64,000 nucleotides of DNA from Eubacteriales bacterium (GTDB taxonomy: Bacteria; Bacillota; Clostridia; Oscillospirales; CAG-272), in contig JAZQRU010000044.1 in assembly GCA_045629745.1 (NCBI GenBank), positions 7,258-71,257 on the forward strand. The letters are read 5' to 3'. This document shows, one piece after another, positions 18,497 to 29,011 of the stretch. The position numbers and the translations under genes were made by a program. Position 1 is the first letter of the stretch. Each line of letters begins with the position of its first letter. The notes beneath the pieces are model-generated. The model did not search any database, was not told the DNA's origin, and worked only from the letters and a program-made list of their open reading frames with translations.

Positions 18497-19708
18497 TTAT
18501 TTATTTAAATCCTCGAAATATCCGTGATATTTAATTTTAACGTCACTGTTCGGGAACATAAATTCATAAAGGTCCGCACAATAATCGTCTGTCATCGACG
18601 CCATATAGTCAACTACTATCTGATCGGGATCTGTTTCTATGTAGGGACGTCCCGCCACGTAATGATTTTTGGAAACGAAATTTATATGATGCCTGAAAAT
18701 CGGAGAGGATGTGTTACCTTGCTTAAGGTCGGTAAGGAGCTTTCCGTATAAATTCTGCATCATAGGCTTAACGGTAGTTTCGAGGACTCCCGAAACCTTT
18801 TCCATTTTATATATCTGCTCGTAATTTGCGCGTTTCACCTCGCGCATTCCTTCGTAATGCTCCTCGTCAAGCTTGATATAAGGCTTTCCATAGCTGTTTT
18901 CTATAATATTGACTACAAGATTATTGATAATTTCAGCGTTAATCGTGCCGATAGCGGCATCACCGAGCGAAGTATCGGTAGAGGTAAGCTTTGCGCGTGC
19001 AGCATCTTGTCTGTCTTTTCCGAGATATGCGATAATATCGCAAACTCTTACAACGCACCCTTCGAGAGTTGAAGGAATAATTTTAACTATATTGCTTTCG
19101 TCAACGTAGCAAGATTCCACCATTTTATCAAAGGCTTCAAAATCGGGCATCACAGAAGGGCGATATTCGTGCATTTCAAATTCACCGTTATGCGTTATAA
19201 TTCCGTCAAGCGTATCAAGCGTTATATTAAGAGGAAAAATTCCGTCAAGAACTCTTACACTATGAACGTTATGGTTGAAAAATCTTCCCGTATTTGCGTG
19301 ATAAACCTCGCTTATATATTTTTCTCCCGCGTGGCCAAACGGAGTGTGTCCTATATCGTGGCCGAGGGCTATTGCTTCTATCAAGTCAAGGTTAAGATTT
19401 AAAACGTTTCCGATAGAGCGCGCAATTCTTGAAACCAGCTGAACGTGAAGCGCACGGCGTGTTATGTCGTCGTTTTTATAAAAGGAAAACACCTGTGTTT
19501 TATCCGTATATCTGTTATAAAACGGACTGTGAAGAATTTTATCAACGTCGCGCGCATAAGCTTGACGCCAGATGGACTCCTTGTCGTAAAGAGGATTTCT
19601 TCGCTTTGCATCCTTGCTCTTTGCCGCAAAGTTCGGGCGGGTATTATTTTCTATATCTTCCCTAATTCTCTCCGTGAGAGCGGGACTTAACTTTTCGTAA
19701 TTCGCCAT
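18497..19708 (-). CDS. dGTPase-like HD-domain triphosphohydrolase
   Basis: 403 aa with the HD motif AIALGHDIGHTPFGHAGE typical of the Dgt family. Confidence 0.85.
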   Translation of the reverse strand: MANYEKLSPALTERIREDIENNTRPNFAAKSKDAKRRNPLYDKESIWRQAYARDVDKILHSPFYNRYTDKTQVFSFYKNDDITRRALHVQLVSRIARSIGNVLNLNLDLIEAIALGHDIGHTPFGHAGEKYISEVYHANTGRFFNHNVHSVRVLDGIFPLNITLDTLDGIITHNGEFEMHEYRPSVMPDFEAFDKMVESCYVDESNIVKIIPSTLEGCVVRVCDIIAYLGKDRQDAARAKLTSTDTSLGDAAIGTINAEIINNLVVNIIENSYGKPYIKLDEEHYEGMREVKRANYEQIYKMEKVSGVLETTVKPMMQNLYGKLLTDLKQGNTSSPIFRHHINFVSKNHYVAGRPYIETDPDQIVVDYMASMTDDYCADLYEFMFPNSDVKIKYHGYFEDLNK

Positions 19709-19767
19709 ACAAGCCTCCGTTTCTTACTTTATTTATTATAACATCTAAGAGTATTTAAGTCAACACA

Positions 19768-19805
19768 AAAAATAAAGACCTGCTTGGGTTTTAGCAGGTC
19801 TTTTA
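19768..19805 (-). terminator. Intrinsic terminator after rpsT
   Basis: 10-bp stem AAAGACCTGC/GCAGGTCTTT followed by a T-run on the minus strand. Confidence 0.8.
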
Positions 19806-19808
19806 AAA

Positions 19809-20072
19809 TTATGCCATTTTGTTGAATTTAAGAGTAAATTCAGACTTCTTGTGAGCTGCGTTGTTCTTGTGAAGGATTCCGCGAGCAACTGCTTTATCTA
19901 CCTTCTTAACAGCAAGTCTGTAAAGCTCGGAAGCTGCTTCCTTATCACCTGCATCAACTGCTGCATTGAACTTTTTAATAGCAGTCTTAAGCTGGCTCTT
20001 TACCATCTGGTTCTGAAGAGCTTTAGTCTGGTTAACAAGAATACGCTTTTTAGCTGACTTGATATTTGCCAT
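19809..20072 (-). CDS. rpsT: 30S ribosomal protein S20
   Basis: 87 aa, MANIKSAKKRILVNQTK.... Confidence 0.95.
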   Translation of the reverse strand: MANIKSAKKRILVNQTKALQNQMVKSQLKTAIKKFNAAVDAGDKEAASELYRLAVKKVDKAVARGILHKNNAAHKKSEFTLKFNKMA

Positions 20073-20182
20073 TTTTTATTCTCCTTTAAAATTGACAACT
20101 CTTGTTACAGAAAAACTACGGCTGAGAGGGTCCGAGGTTTAATTTTCACAAGCTAATTGTTGTTTTCTTAACATACTAGAGC

Positions 20183-20211
20183 ATTATAACATAGATTTTC
20201 TTAAAAATCAA
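20183..20211 (-). promoter_or_regulatory. Sigma-A promoter of rpsT
   Basis: On the minus strand: TTGATT, 17-nt spacer, TATAAT. This leaves a 5' UTR of about 110 nt. Confidence 0.6.
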
Positions 20212-20260
20212 GAGATTTTTCAAAAAAATAATAAAAAAATAATATTTTTCAGAAAAAGCA

Positions 20261-20289
20261 TTGACAAGTAAGTTTTTTTCTGTTATACT
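20261..20289 (+). promoter_or_regulatory. Sigma-A promoter of the ylxM-ffh operon
   Basis: TTGACA, 17-nt spacer, TATACT. Confidence 0.7.
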
Positions 20290-20329
20290 TGTAAAGTAAT
20301 TTGCTTTACACTATGTTTGGAGGTAGGAT

Positions 20330-20689
20330 ATGTTTGAAAAAAATATGCGCCTTGCCTTCTTACTCGACTTTTACGGCGAGGCTTTGGACTCGCATACCAA
20401 AGAAATAATGAAGGCTTATTACGAGGATGATTTTTCCTTGGCGGAAATTGCGGAAGACGAAGGCATTTCACGTCAGGGTGTGAGACACGTCATTAAAAAG
20501 GGCGAGGAGCAGCTTGAATTCTTAGAAAATGCGCTAAAGCTTGCAAAGCGCAATAATGAGCTTCAGAAAGCCGCCGAAATGCTTGAAGCAATCAAAAAAA
20601 GCCTCAAAAATAACGCATCATTTGATTTTTCTTCCGAGATACAAATCATTGATAACGTTATTGTAAATATTCTGGGAAAAGGAGTTTAA
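20330..20689 (+). CDS. ylxM: YlxM/UPF0122 putative DNA-binding protein (sigma region-4-like HTH)
   Basis: 119 aa. LLDFYGEAL...SLAEIAEDEGISRQGV. Classic position immediately upstream of ffh. Confidence 0.88.
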   Translation: MFEKNMRLAFLLDFYGEALDSHTKEIMKAYYEDDFSLAEIAEDEGISRQGVRHVIKKGEEQLEFLENALKLAKRNNELQKAAEMLEAIKKSLKNNASFDFSSEIQIIDNVIVNILGKGV

Positions 20690-20690
20690 T

Positions 20691-22022
20691 ATGTTCGGGA
20701 ATCTTACTGAAAAGTTAGCTAATGCTTTTAAAAAGTTCAGGAACAAAGGAAAACTCACCGAATCCGACGTCAGAGAGGGTATGCGCGAGGTTAAGCTCGC
20801 GCTTCTTGAAGCAGACGTAAACTTTAAGGTCGTAAAGGATTTTACCAAGGCGGTAACAGAAAGGGCCGTTGGCACAGAGGTTCTTGAGAGCCTTTTGCCC
20901 GCCCAGCAGATAGTTAAAATAGTTAACGAAGAGCTTGTAAAGCTTATGGGTAGCGAAACCGCAAAGATTAACATAAGCCCCAAGCCTCCGACAGTTATTA
21001 TGATGGTCGGTCTTCAGGGCGCGGGCAAAACCACCCATACGGGTAAAATCGCTTCAATGTATAAGCAAAAGGGTAAAAATCCCCTTCTCGTAGCCTGCGA
21101 CGTATACCGACCCGCAGCTATTGATCAGTTAAAAATTGTCGGTGAGTCGATAAACATTCCCGTTTTTTCTCTCGGGAGTAAAATTTCTCCCGTTGAAATT
21201 GCAAAGGCAGGCGTTGAACACGCAAAGAAAAACGGACACGATATGGTATTTATAGATACCGCAGGCCGACTTCATATAGACGAAGAGCTTATGGGAGAGC
21301 TCGAAAAGATAAAGAAAGCAACCGATCCTGCGGAAATTCTGCTCGTTGTTGACGCAATGACAGGTCAGGATGCGGTAAACATTGCAAAATCCTTTAACGA
21401 GCTTCTCGACATAAGCGGTGTCGTTCTTACTAAAATGGACGGTGATACTCGTGGCGGTGCCGCGCTTTCTGTAAGATACGTTACGGGAAAGCCGATTAAA
21501 TTCGTTGGTACGGGCGAAAAGATGGATGCTATAGAGCTTTTCCATCCTGATAGAATTGCATCGCGAATACTCGGTATGGGTGACGTTCTTTCACTCATCG
21601 AAAAGGCGGAAGCAGCTTTTGATGAGAAAAACGCGAAGGAGCTTGAAAAGAAATTCAGAGAGCAAACCTTCACTCTTGACGACTTTCTCGTTCAAATGCG
21701 CCAGCTTAAAAAGATGGGAAATCTTAACCATCTTATTGGAATGCTTCCCGGTGTTAACGCGGGTGCTTTAAAAAATGCAGAAATTGACGAAGGACAGCTT
21801 GCGAGAACCGAAGCTATCATTCTTTCAATGACAAAGGGTGAGCGCTTAAGGCCAGAAATTATCAACGGCTCGAGAAGAAAGCGTATAGCTAACGGCTCGG
21901 GAACTAACGTTGAAGACGTAAATAAGCTTTTAAAGCAATTTGATCAGATGAAAAAGACAATGAAGCAGCTCTCGGGTATGGGCAAACGCAAATCCTTCGG
22001 CGGAATGCGACTTCCTTTCTAA
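20691..22022 (+). CDS. ffh: Signal recognition particle protein Ffh
   Basis: 443 aa. GLQGAGKTT, DTAGR, TKMDGD, and a Met-rich M domain. Confidence 0.97.
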   Translation: MFGNLTEKLANAFKKFRNKGKLTESDVREGMREVKLALLEADVNFKVVKDFTKAVTERAVGTEVLESLLPAQQIVKIVNEELVKLMGSETAKINISPKPPTVIMMVGLQGAGKTTHTGKIASMYKQKGKNPLLVACDVYRPAAIDQLKIVGESINIPVFSLGSKISPVEIAKAGVEHAKKNGHDMVFIDTAGRLHIDEELMGELEKIKKATDPAEILLVVDAMTGQDAVNIAKSFNELLDISGVVLTKMDGDTRGGAALSVRYVTGKPIKFVGTGEKMDAIELFHPDRIASRILGMGDVLSLIEKAEAAFDEKNAKELEKKFREQTFTLDDFLVQMRQLKKMGNLNHLIGMLPGVNAGALKNAEIDEGQLARTEAIILSMTKGERLRPEIINGSRRKRIANGSGTNVEDVNKLLKQFDQMKKTMKQLSGMGKRKSFGGMRLPF

Positions 22023-22072
22023 AACTAAAACAAAAATAAATAAAATATAAAAACATTTTGGAGGACAAAAAA

Positions 22073-22318
22073 ATGGCAGTAAAAATCAGACTTAAGAGAC
22101 TTGGCGCAAAGAAGGCTCCCTTCTATCGCGTAGTTGTAGCAGACGAAAGATCTCCCCGTGACGGTAAGTTCATCGAGGAAATCGGTTACTACAATCCTCT
22201 TACCGATCCCGTTGACATCAAGATCAACGCTGAGAAGGCTACCAAGTGGCTTGCTAACGGCGCTCAGCCCACTCAGACCGTAAGATCTCTTCTCGTAAAA
22301 AGCGAAATTATTAAGTAA
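22073..22318 (+). CDS. rpsP: 30S ribosomal protein S16
   Basis: [23 protein letters not shown] place the start at ATG 22073 behind GGAGGA; the track TTG at 22058 lies in the RBS. Confidence 0.95.
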   Translation: MAVKIRLKRLGAKKAPFYRVVVADERSPRDGKFIEEIGYYNPLTDPVDIKINAEKATKWLANGAQPTQTVRSLLVKSEIIK

Positions 22319-22349
22319 TAGTTTCTAAATAATCGGAAGGACGTAGTTT

Positions 22350-22583
22350 ATGGATCTCAAAGAGATACTTACCAATATCGCACGCGCGATTGTTGACACG
22401 CCCGATTCTGTAACTGTTACAGAAACCGTTGACGGTGATGACGTTGAGCTTGTTCTTTCCGTTGCTGAGGATGACGTTGGAATGGTTATCGGAAGACACG
22501 GAAAAATTGCTAAAGCAATAAGAAGAATAATGAAAGCTGCAGCGAGCACTTGCGGAAAGCGTGTTACGGTAGAAATTAAATAA
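22350..22583 (+). CDS. KH-domain RNA-binding protein (YlqC family)
   Basis: 77 aa with the KH GXXG loop VIGRHGKIAKAIR. Conserved position after rpsP. Confidence 0.88.
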   Translation: MDLKEILTNIARAIVDTPDSVTVTETVDGDDVELVLSVAEDDVGMVIGRHGKIAKAIRRIMKAAASTCGKRVTVEIK

Positions 22584-22587
22584 AATG

Positions 22588-22623
22588 CTTCTCCGGGTGA
22601 ATTATGCCCGGAGACATTTTTTA
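22588..22623 (+). terminator. Intrinsic terminator after the ffh-rpsP-KH operon
   Basis: Stem TCTCCGGG/CCCGGAGA followed by a T-run. Confidence 0.8.
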
Positions 22624-22634
22624 TAGGAGAGTTT

Positions 22635-24125
22635 ATGAAAAAATATATAATGGCGCTTGATCAAGGAACAACCAGCTCCCGATGCATTCTTTTTGAAAAG
22701 AACGGAAAAATCGCAAGTATGGTTCAAAGAGAATTTCCTCAGATTTTTCCAAAGGAAGCTTGGGTTGAGCATAATCCTATGACTATCTGGTCAACGCAAG
22801 TGAGCGTTGCAACTGAGGCGCTTTTGAAAATCGGCGCAAATTGGAGCGAAATACACGGAATAGGTATTACGAACCAACGAGAAACCTTCGTAGTCTGGGA
22901 CAAGAAAACGGGAGTGCCCGTTTATAACGCAATAGTCTGGCAATGCAGAAGAACTGCCGAATATTGCGAAAATCTGAGTAAAGCGTGCTACGAAGAAAAA
23001 ATAAAAGAAAAAACAGGTCTTGTTCTCGACCCGTATTTTTCCGCAACTAAATTAAAATGGATTCTTGATAACGTTGAGGGCGCAAGAGCAAGAGCCGAGC
23101 GCGGAGAGCTTGCTTTCGGAACTATTGATTCGTGGCTAATCTTTAATTTAACAGGTGGCAAAGCGCACGTAACGGATTTCTCGAATGCATCGCGAACTAT
23201 GCTTTTTAATATCGTCACGCTTGAATGGGATAATGAGCTTCTCGAGCTTTTCGAAATTCCTGAGTCTATGCTTCCCGAAGTTAAGCCTTCCTCTTCACTT
23301 TTCGCTTATACAGATAAAGACATATTAGGTGCAGAGATTCCGATAGCAGCCGTTCTCGGAGATCAACAAGCCGCCCTTTTCGGTCAGTGCTGCTTTGAAA
23401 AGGGAGAGCTTAAAAACACTTACGGCACAGGCGCTTTTCTGCTTATGAATACGGGAAAAGAGCCGTACATAACGAATAACGGACTTCTTACGACAATTGC
23501 TTGGGGTATCGGTGACGAGGTCTATTACGCAACCGAAGGCTCGGTTTTCACCTGCGGTTCTGCTATTCAATGGCTAAGAGATGGCTTGAAGCTTATAGAG
23601 TCAAGCGCAGATAGCGAATACTACGCGTCAAAGGTTGAGGATTCAGGCGGAGTTTTGGTAGTCCCCGCATTTCAGGGACTCGGTGCACCCTGGTGGGATC
23701 CTTACGCACGCGGAATAATTCTCGGAATTACGAGAGCTACGACGAAAAATCATATAATAAGAGCAACGCTTGAATCAATGGCTTATCAGACAAACGACGT
23801 TATTGATCTTATTGAACGCTCAACGGGAATAAAAATAACAACTCTCAAAGTCGACGGCGGTGCAAGCGCAAATAAGCTTTTGCTCGAATTTCAAGCCGAC
23901 ATTCTCGGAGTTACTATTGAAAGGCCCTCGTGCGTTGAAACAACGGCGCTCGGCGTTGCCTATATGTGCGGACTTTCTCTCGGTATATATTCCTCACTCG
24001 AAGAGATAAAAAAGAACGCGCGAGCCGAGATTTTAATAAAGCCGGAACGCGACGAGGAATGGCGCGAAAAAAACATAAAAATATGGCGGCGCGCAATTGA
24101 ACGCAGTCTTAACTGGGTTGAATAA
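22635..24125 (+). CDS. glpK: Glycerol kinase
   Basis: 496 aa. ALDQGTTSSR and the FGGY kinase motifs. Confidence 0.96.
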   Translation: MKKYIMALDQGTTSSRCILFEKNGKIASMVQREFPQIFPKEAWVEHNPMTIWSTQVSVATEALLKIGANWSEIHGIGITNQRETFVVWDKKTGVPVYNAIVWQCRRTAEYCENLSKACYEEKIKEKTGLVLDPYFSATKLKWILDNVEGARARAERGELAFGTIDSWLIFNLTGGKAHVTDFSNASRTMLFNIVTLEWDNELLELFEIPESMLPEVKPSSSLFAYTDKDILGAEIPIAAVLGDQQAALFGQCCFEKGELKNTYGTGAFLLMNTGKEPYITNNGLLTTIAWGIGDEVYYATEGSVFTCGSAIQWLRDGLKLIESSADSEYYASKVEDSGGVLVVPAFQGLGAPWWDPYARGIILGITRATTKNHIIRATLESMAYQTNDVIDLIERSTGIKITTLKVDGGASANKLLLEFQADILGVTIERPSCVETTALGVAYMCGLSLGIYSSLEEIKKNARAEILIKPERDEEWREKNIKIWRRAIERSLNWVE

Positions 24126-24130
24126 ATTTA

Positions 24131-24160
24131 AAAGACGAGGAAAGATTCCTCGTCTTTTAA
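24131..24160. terminator. Bidirectional terminator between glpK and the SGNH gene
   Basis: Stem AAGACGAGGA/TCCTCGTCTT with an A-run and a T-run on either flank. Confidence 0.85.
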
Positions 24161-24162
24161 AT

Positions 24163-24841
24163 TTATAAGGTTTTAACAAATTCTTCAAGCATTGAGGCAA
24201 TGCGAACGGCTCCCTTATCGGAAGGATGCAAGCCATCAGGGATATAAAGCTCTTTATACACGTTGATAGCAGGTTGAATACCGCTATTCTTGTAAAGGTC
24301 AAGCACAGGTATGGAATAATACTCGTATACCTCTCGCATTGCGTTTACGTAATCCTTAAGGGGAGGCCACCCGTACTCCGTGTGAATTGTAAGGAGCGTC
24401 CTCGTTGTCTCTGTGAAGAGGAGTCATAAATACAATTCTGGATTCGGGAAACTTATTTGCAAGCTTGTTTACAAGTGAGTGCATTGCTCTGTAAAAGGTG
24501 TATTCGTCTTTGTCGAAAAAAGCGCCCCTAGGAGCATCGCCGTGGCCGAAATCGTTAGTTCCGCCAAAAACTACAACAAGATCTGCGGAAGCTTCCTTGA
24601 TGTCTTCGTCAACTCTCAAAATAAAATCGCGCTCATACATCGATTTTTTGTGAGAGAAATACGGCACTCTCTGCTTTGAAATTCTGGTACCGCTCACACC
24701 GTAGTTACAAACTATAGCGCCCGTGTTTCTTGCAAAAACGTCTGTATATCTATTCTCGGGTGAGCTTACGCCTACGCCCTGAGTAATACTATCGCCAAGA
24801 AAAATGACTTTTTCCCTTTGATTTCCATAATTACTCCGCAA
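24163..24841 (-). pseudogene. SGNH/GDSL hydrolase interrupted by a +1 frameshift
   Basis: The N-terminal 161 aa (FLGDSITQG, GGTNDF) stop at 24356. The C-terminal part, LKDYVNAMREVYEYYSIPVLDLYKNSG...PDGLHPSDKG (catalytic D-x-x-H), continues in another frame to 24163. The total of 679 nt is not a multiple of 3, and the break coincides with a G4 run at 24360-24363. Confidence 0.8.
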
Positions 24842-25940
24842 CTGCCTCCATATTTTGAAGCTTGCCGTTTTCTGCAGCAGTCTTAGTCCAAGCTATTTCG
24901 GAAGAATAAGAAGCGGTGAATACGTTTCCGGTATAAATAAGGTTCATTTTGTATGTAGTTGTAGGACCGTCTTTTCTTACAACGTTATCGCCGTCAACAG
25001 TATAGTTGATATCAAGCACACCGTACTGAAGAAGGTCGCGAAGTCCTTTATCCATATTGATGGCATAGATCATTTCCATTGCTCTTTCATTATACTCTGC
25101 TCCGCGGTCAACTATAGCAAATGCAGAAGAAAATGCAACGGAGGCATCAACGGTGGGATTTTTCGTAACGATACACTCATACTTACCGTCTGCTTCAAGG
25201 CTTGCTTGCATTTCATAAGGGCCTTTTGCGGTTTTGATGTAATCGTCGGGGTTCTTACCGTTTTCAACAAGCTTTGCTTTAAGCTCCTCAACAAGCGCGT
25301 CAAATCCCTCCATTTCGGGATTCTGAGGGCCTAAATCGTTATTGAACATTGAAGGAGCGAATATCTTATATTCGTCATTCGCCCACTTATCAATAAGCAG
25401 ATATTCATATTCGCCCACTACGTGATTGTTGGGTATTGCATAAATTTTACCGTCAATTTTAGCACCCTCAAGAAGTGCGGAAGCTATATTAACGTTAAGT
25501 GCACCGTATGCATCAGTTTTAAGATAATCTGTAAGGTCCGCAAAAACGGATTCACCCGTCATAGAGCCTTCTTTCATAAGTCTTTGCATCATATCAAGAC
25601 TGTTTATAAGCACTATATTGGCGGAATCCGCGTCGGAAGCACTAACCTCCTCGGAAACCTTAGACTGATACTTAGCTGCGGTGAGATAATGCACCTTAAG
25701 CTCGGTGTTGTAATTTCTCGTAGTGTAGAGATTTATATTAAGCGCAACAGTATCCTTAGCATTCTCTGCCGTCATATCGTCAGTGATAATGTAAAGATTT
25801 AAAGTGAGCTTTACGTCTTCTTCAGGCTCGTAGTCATCATAATTGGGAAGATAACTACCGAAAACTCTATCTTCGTCGCAGGATACAAGTACTCCGCAAA
25901 TAAGAACGAGACAGAGAAGCAATGACAAAAGTTTTTTCAT
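24831..25940 (-). CDS. Lipoprotein resembling an ABC-transporter solute-binding protein
   Basis: 369 aa. Signal peptide with lipobox LVSC. The internal GKIYAIPNN block is typical of family-1 SBPs. No permease or ATPase gene lies adjacent. Confidence 0.6.
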   Translation of the reverse strand: MKKLLSLLLCLVLICGVLVSCDEDRVFGSYLPNYDDYEPEEDVKLTLNLYIITDDMTAENAKDTVALNINLYTTRNYNTELKVHYLTAAKYQSKVSEEVSASDADSANIVLINSLDMMQRLMKEGSMTGESVFADLTDYLKTDAYGALNVNIASALLEGAKIDGKIYAIPNNHVVGEYEYLLIDKWANDEYKIFAPSMFNNDLGPQNPEMEGFDALVEELKAKLVENGKNPDDYIKTAKGPYEMQASLEADGKYECIVTKNPTVDASVAFSSAFAIVDRGAEYNERAMEMIYAINMDKGLRDLLQYGVLDINYTVDGDNVVRKDGPTTTYKMNLIYTGNVFTASYSSEIAWTKTAAENGKLQNMEAVAE

Positions 25941-26040
25941 TATGTATTAAATCCTCCGCGTCACATAATTTCACTTACATATTTTACTATATTATAGAAA
26001 AAAAGTCAAGCAAAATCGCGATTAAATATACGCAACTTTG

Positions 26041-26091
26041 ATTAAAAGTCAAAGTATACAAATACACAAAAGCTTTTTTGTAAACTTTGAC
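26041..26091 (-). terminator. Compound hairpin terminator after sigA
   Basis: Outer stem GTCAAAGT/ACTTTGAC, inner stem ACAAAA/TTTTGT, then TTTTAAT on the minus strand. Confidence 0.5.
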
Positions 26092-26092
26092 A

Positions 26093-27157
26093 TCAATTTG
26101 CGAGATAGTCCTTAAGTGCTTTTGAGCGCGAAGGATGGCGAAGCTTTCTCAAGGCTTTAGCTTCTATCTGTCTTATTCTCTCACGGGTTATCTTGAATTT
26201 TTTACCAACCTCTTCAAGAGTTCTCGGTCTTCCGTCTTCAAGTCCGAATCTTAAGGTTATTACCTGCTCTTCTCTTTCGGTGAGAGTATGAAGAATATTG
26301 CAAAGCTGCTCGCGAAGAAGTGAATAAGAGGCACTATCCGATGGCGCGGGAGATTCGTTATCCTCAACGAAATCTCCAAGATGGCTGTCCTCTTCCTCAC
26401 CGATAGGAGTTTCGAGGGAAACGGGGTCCTGTGCTATTTTCATAATCTCGCGAACCTTATCCGCAGTTATACCAAGCTTTTCCGCGATTTCATCCGTAGT
26501 AGGCTCTCTTCCGAAATCCTGAAGAAGCTGACGTGCGGTTCTTGAAACCTTATGGATAGTTTCAACCATATGAACGGGAATTCTTATGGTTCTTGCCTGG
26601 TCTGCAATAGCTCTGGTTATAGCTTGTCTTATCCACCAAGTAGCGTAAGTTGAGAATTTATAGCCTTTGCTATAATCGAATTTTTCAACGGCTTTGATAA
26701 GTCCGATGTTTCCTTCCTGAATAAGATCAAGGAAATACATACCCTTTCCTACGTGGCGCTTTGCAATACTTACGACAAGGCGAAGGTTTGCTTCGATAAG
26801 CTCGTCCTTTGCAGCCTTGCTTCCCTGCGCTATCTGCTCTGCAAGATATTTTTCTCTCTCGCCGGTAAGAAGAGGAATTTTTCCGATGTCCTTAAGGTAC
26901 ATACGCACGGGATCGTCAATAGAAAGTCCTTCCTGATTAAGAAAGGTCTCCATCTTTTCGGTTTCATAAACCTCAACGTCGTGTTCGATGTCCTTAAAAT
27001 TCTCACCCTCAAGCTCGTCGGGAGTTGCACTTTCAAGGTCAACCTGAGCAATATCGTAATCGATATCCTCAAGTGCTTTCATTATGTCTGAATTTAATAT
27101 GCTACCGTCATTTTTTGAATCTATAATATCGTTTGCATCAAGCTTTTCTCTTCCCAT
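26093..27157 (-). CDS. sigA: Primary RNA polymerase sigma factor SigA/RpoD
   Basis: 354 aa. Region 2.4 [16 protein letters not shown] and region 4 [30 protein letters not shown]. Confidence 0.96.
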   Translation of the reverse strand: MGREKLDANDIIDSKNDGSILNSDIMKALEDIDYDIAQVDLESATPDELEGENFKDIEHDVEVYETEKMETFLNQEGLSIDDPVRMYLKDIGKIPLLTGEREKYLAEQIAQGSKAAKDELIEANLRLVVSIAKRHVGKGMYFLDLIQEGNIGLIKAVEKFDYSKGYKFSTYATWWIRQAITRAIADQARTIRIPVHMVETIHKVSRTARQLLQDFGREPTTDEIAEKLGITADKVREIMKIAQDPVSLETPIGEEEDSHLGDFVEDNESPAPSDSASYSLLREQLCNILHTLTEREEQVITLRFGLEDGRPRTLEEVGKKFKITRERIRQIEAKALRKLRHPSRSKALKDYLAN

Positions 27158-27159
27158 TT

Positions 27160-28935
27160 TTATTTACCGTCCTTTTTATTTCGTAGTGAATTCAATAGAT
27201 TTTCAAGACCGTCGAGTGTTGTTACAGATTCCGCATTTTTCTTTTCCAAAGACGTCTTAAGAGATTTTATGGTTTCGTCAAGAACCTCGACATCGTTTTT
27301 AAGAGGCATTCTCGCAAGCTTCATCTTAGTCATTCTTCCGATTTCTTCGGGAGTGAACTTTTCATTGAAGTCATCTGCCGACGAAGCGTTTGAAAAATAC
27401 GCATCGGAAAGATGCTTAAAGACACGTCGGTTAAGCTCTGTGAAGAAATCCGCCTCCGAAAGAAGCCCTCCGTCAAAAACGTGTTTCTGATGCTCAGGAT
27501 ACAAAAGCATAAGTCCGAGAACGTTTTCCTCCGCCGCGGCAACAGCAGGAGCTTTTGCAAAATCGGCATTGACTTTATCACCGAATCCCGCTGCCTCCTG
27601 AATCCTTTTTTTTGAGTCCTCATTACGTCGCTCGCGCTCCCGTCTTGCAACGAGCCTTTCAACGTCTGCCGCTATGTTTTCGGGTTTTATCTCGAATTTT
27701 TTTGCTATGTAGTTGATATAAATTTCTCGTTCTGCCTTAGAATAAATGTCAGATATTAACCTTTCAATCTCTCCAATAGCATTTATTCTATCTTGTTGGT
27801 CGAGAAGATTATACCTTGACAAAACGGCAGTCATATTATATTCAAACTTGCTTTTGGAAGCTTTAACAACCTCTTCAAAAGCTTCTTTGCCGTTCTCTCT
27901 TATAAAGTCGTCAGGGTCCTTTTCTCCCGGAGTTTTTATAACTCCAACCTCAAGTCCCACCTCTTCCAAAAGCTGCATTGCTTTTCTTGCCGCCTTTTGC
28001 CCCGCCTCGTCGGAGTCATAGGAAACTATAACCTTTTTCGTATAGCGGCTCATAATCCTCGCTTGCTCGGGAGTTATTGCCGTACCAAGTGTAGCAACTG
28101 CATTAGTAAAGCCTGCAGCGTGAAGCGATATAACGTCCATATACCCTTCGCAAAGTATCATTTCCGCAGAGCAGGTATGCCTCGCAAAATTAAGAGCAAA
28201 AAGATTTCTTGATTTTTTGAACACAGGCGTGTCCGTCGTATTTCTATATTTTGGCTTAGAATTATCAAGAACTCTTCCGCCAAATGCAATTACGTTTCCT
28301 GCCGTATCTATTATCGGAAACATTACTTTGTTTCGGAATACGTCGTAATACGAGCCTTTTTCACTTTTTCCAACAAGATACGCAACAACCAGCTCATCCT
28401 TACTATACCCTTTCGAGAGCATATAATTCATAAGCGCATCAAAGCTATCGGGAGCATATCCCAATCCGAACTGATTTATAGTTGCCATTGAAAGACCGCG
28501 TTTTTCCATTAAATAAGCCAAAGCCGCCTTCGACTTAGGGTTATCAAGAAGAAGCGCATAGTGGAAAAATTTAGCAGCATCGGCATTCATTCTGTAAAGC
28601 TTCTGCTTACTTATCCTTCCGCTTTGATAATTGTTCACGTCTTCCTCGAGAACAACGTTTATTCCTGCGCGTTTAGCGAGAAATTCAACGGCATCCGGGT
28701 AATCAAGACGCTCCATTTGTCTCACAAACGTTATGGCATTACCGCCAACACCGCATCCAAAGCAATAGAAGCTGTTATCCGCGGGATATACGGTAAAGGA
28801 AGGAGTTTTTTCGCTGTGAAACGGACACAAGCCTTTAAGGTTAGAGCCTGCTCTTTTAAGTGAAACGTAGTTGCCGATAAGAGATTCAATGTCGTTTCTT
28901 GCAATTATTTCGTCAATTACTTCTTTTTTTATCAT
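27160..28935 (-). CDS. dnaG: DNA primase
   Basis: 591 aa. Zinc finger [11 protein letters not shown]...CFGCG, a TOPRIM EGYMDV motif, and the dnaG-sigA arrangement. Confidence 0.95.
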   Translation of the reverse strand: MIKKEVIDEIIARNDIESLIGNYVSLKRAGSNLKGLCPFHSEKTPSFTVYPADNSFYCFGCGVGGNAITFVRQMERLDYPDAVEFLAKRAGINVVLEEDVNNYQSGRISKQKLYRMNADAAKFFHYALLLDNPKSKAALAYLMEKRGLSMATINQFGLGYAPDSFDALMNYMLSKGYSKDELVVAYLVGKSEKGSYYDVFRNKVMFPIIDTAGNVIAFGGRVLDNSKPKYRNTTDTPVFKKSRNLFALNFARHTCSAEMILCEGYMDVISLHAAGFTNAVATLGTAITPEQARIMSRYTKKVIVSYDSDEAGQKAARKAMQLLEEVGLEVGVIKTPGEKDPDDFIRENGKEAFEEVVKASKSKFEYNMTAVLSRYNLLDQQDRINAIGEIERLISDIYSKAEREIYINYIAKKFEIKPENIAADVERLVARRERERRNEDSKKRIQEAAGFGDKVNADFAKAPAVAAAEENVLGLMLLYPEHQKHVFDGGLLSEADFFTELNRRVFKHLSDAYFSNASSADDFNEKFTPEEIGRMTKMKLARMPLKNDVEVLDETIKSLKTSLEKKNAESVTTLDGLENLLNSLRNKKDGK

Positions 28936-28961
28936 ACTAACTCCTTTCCTACATAATATAC

Positions 28962-28996
28962 GAAAAAAACGGGGGAAATACTTTTATTTTCCCCCA
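28962..28996 (-). terminator. Intrinsic terminator after yigZ
   Basis: Stem GGGGGAAA/TTTCCCCC followed by T7 on the minus strand. Confidence 0.75.
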
Positions 28997-29011
28997 TTTT
29001 TAAAAAAAATA

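Noticed and set aside
18497-19708. dGTPase-like HD protein as a possible anti-phage dNTP-depletion defence gene.
   Set aside because: It sits alone between ribosomal-protein operons, with its own terminators and no island context or partner genes. It looks like the housekeeping Dgt-like paralogue common in Firmicutes.
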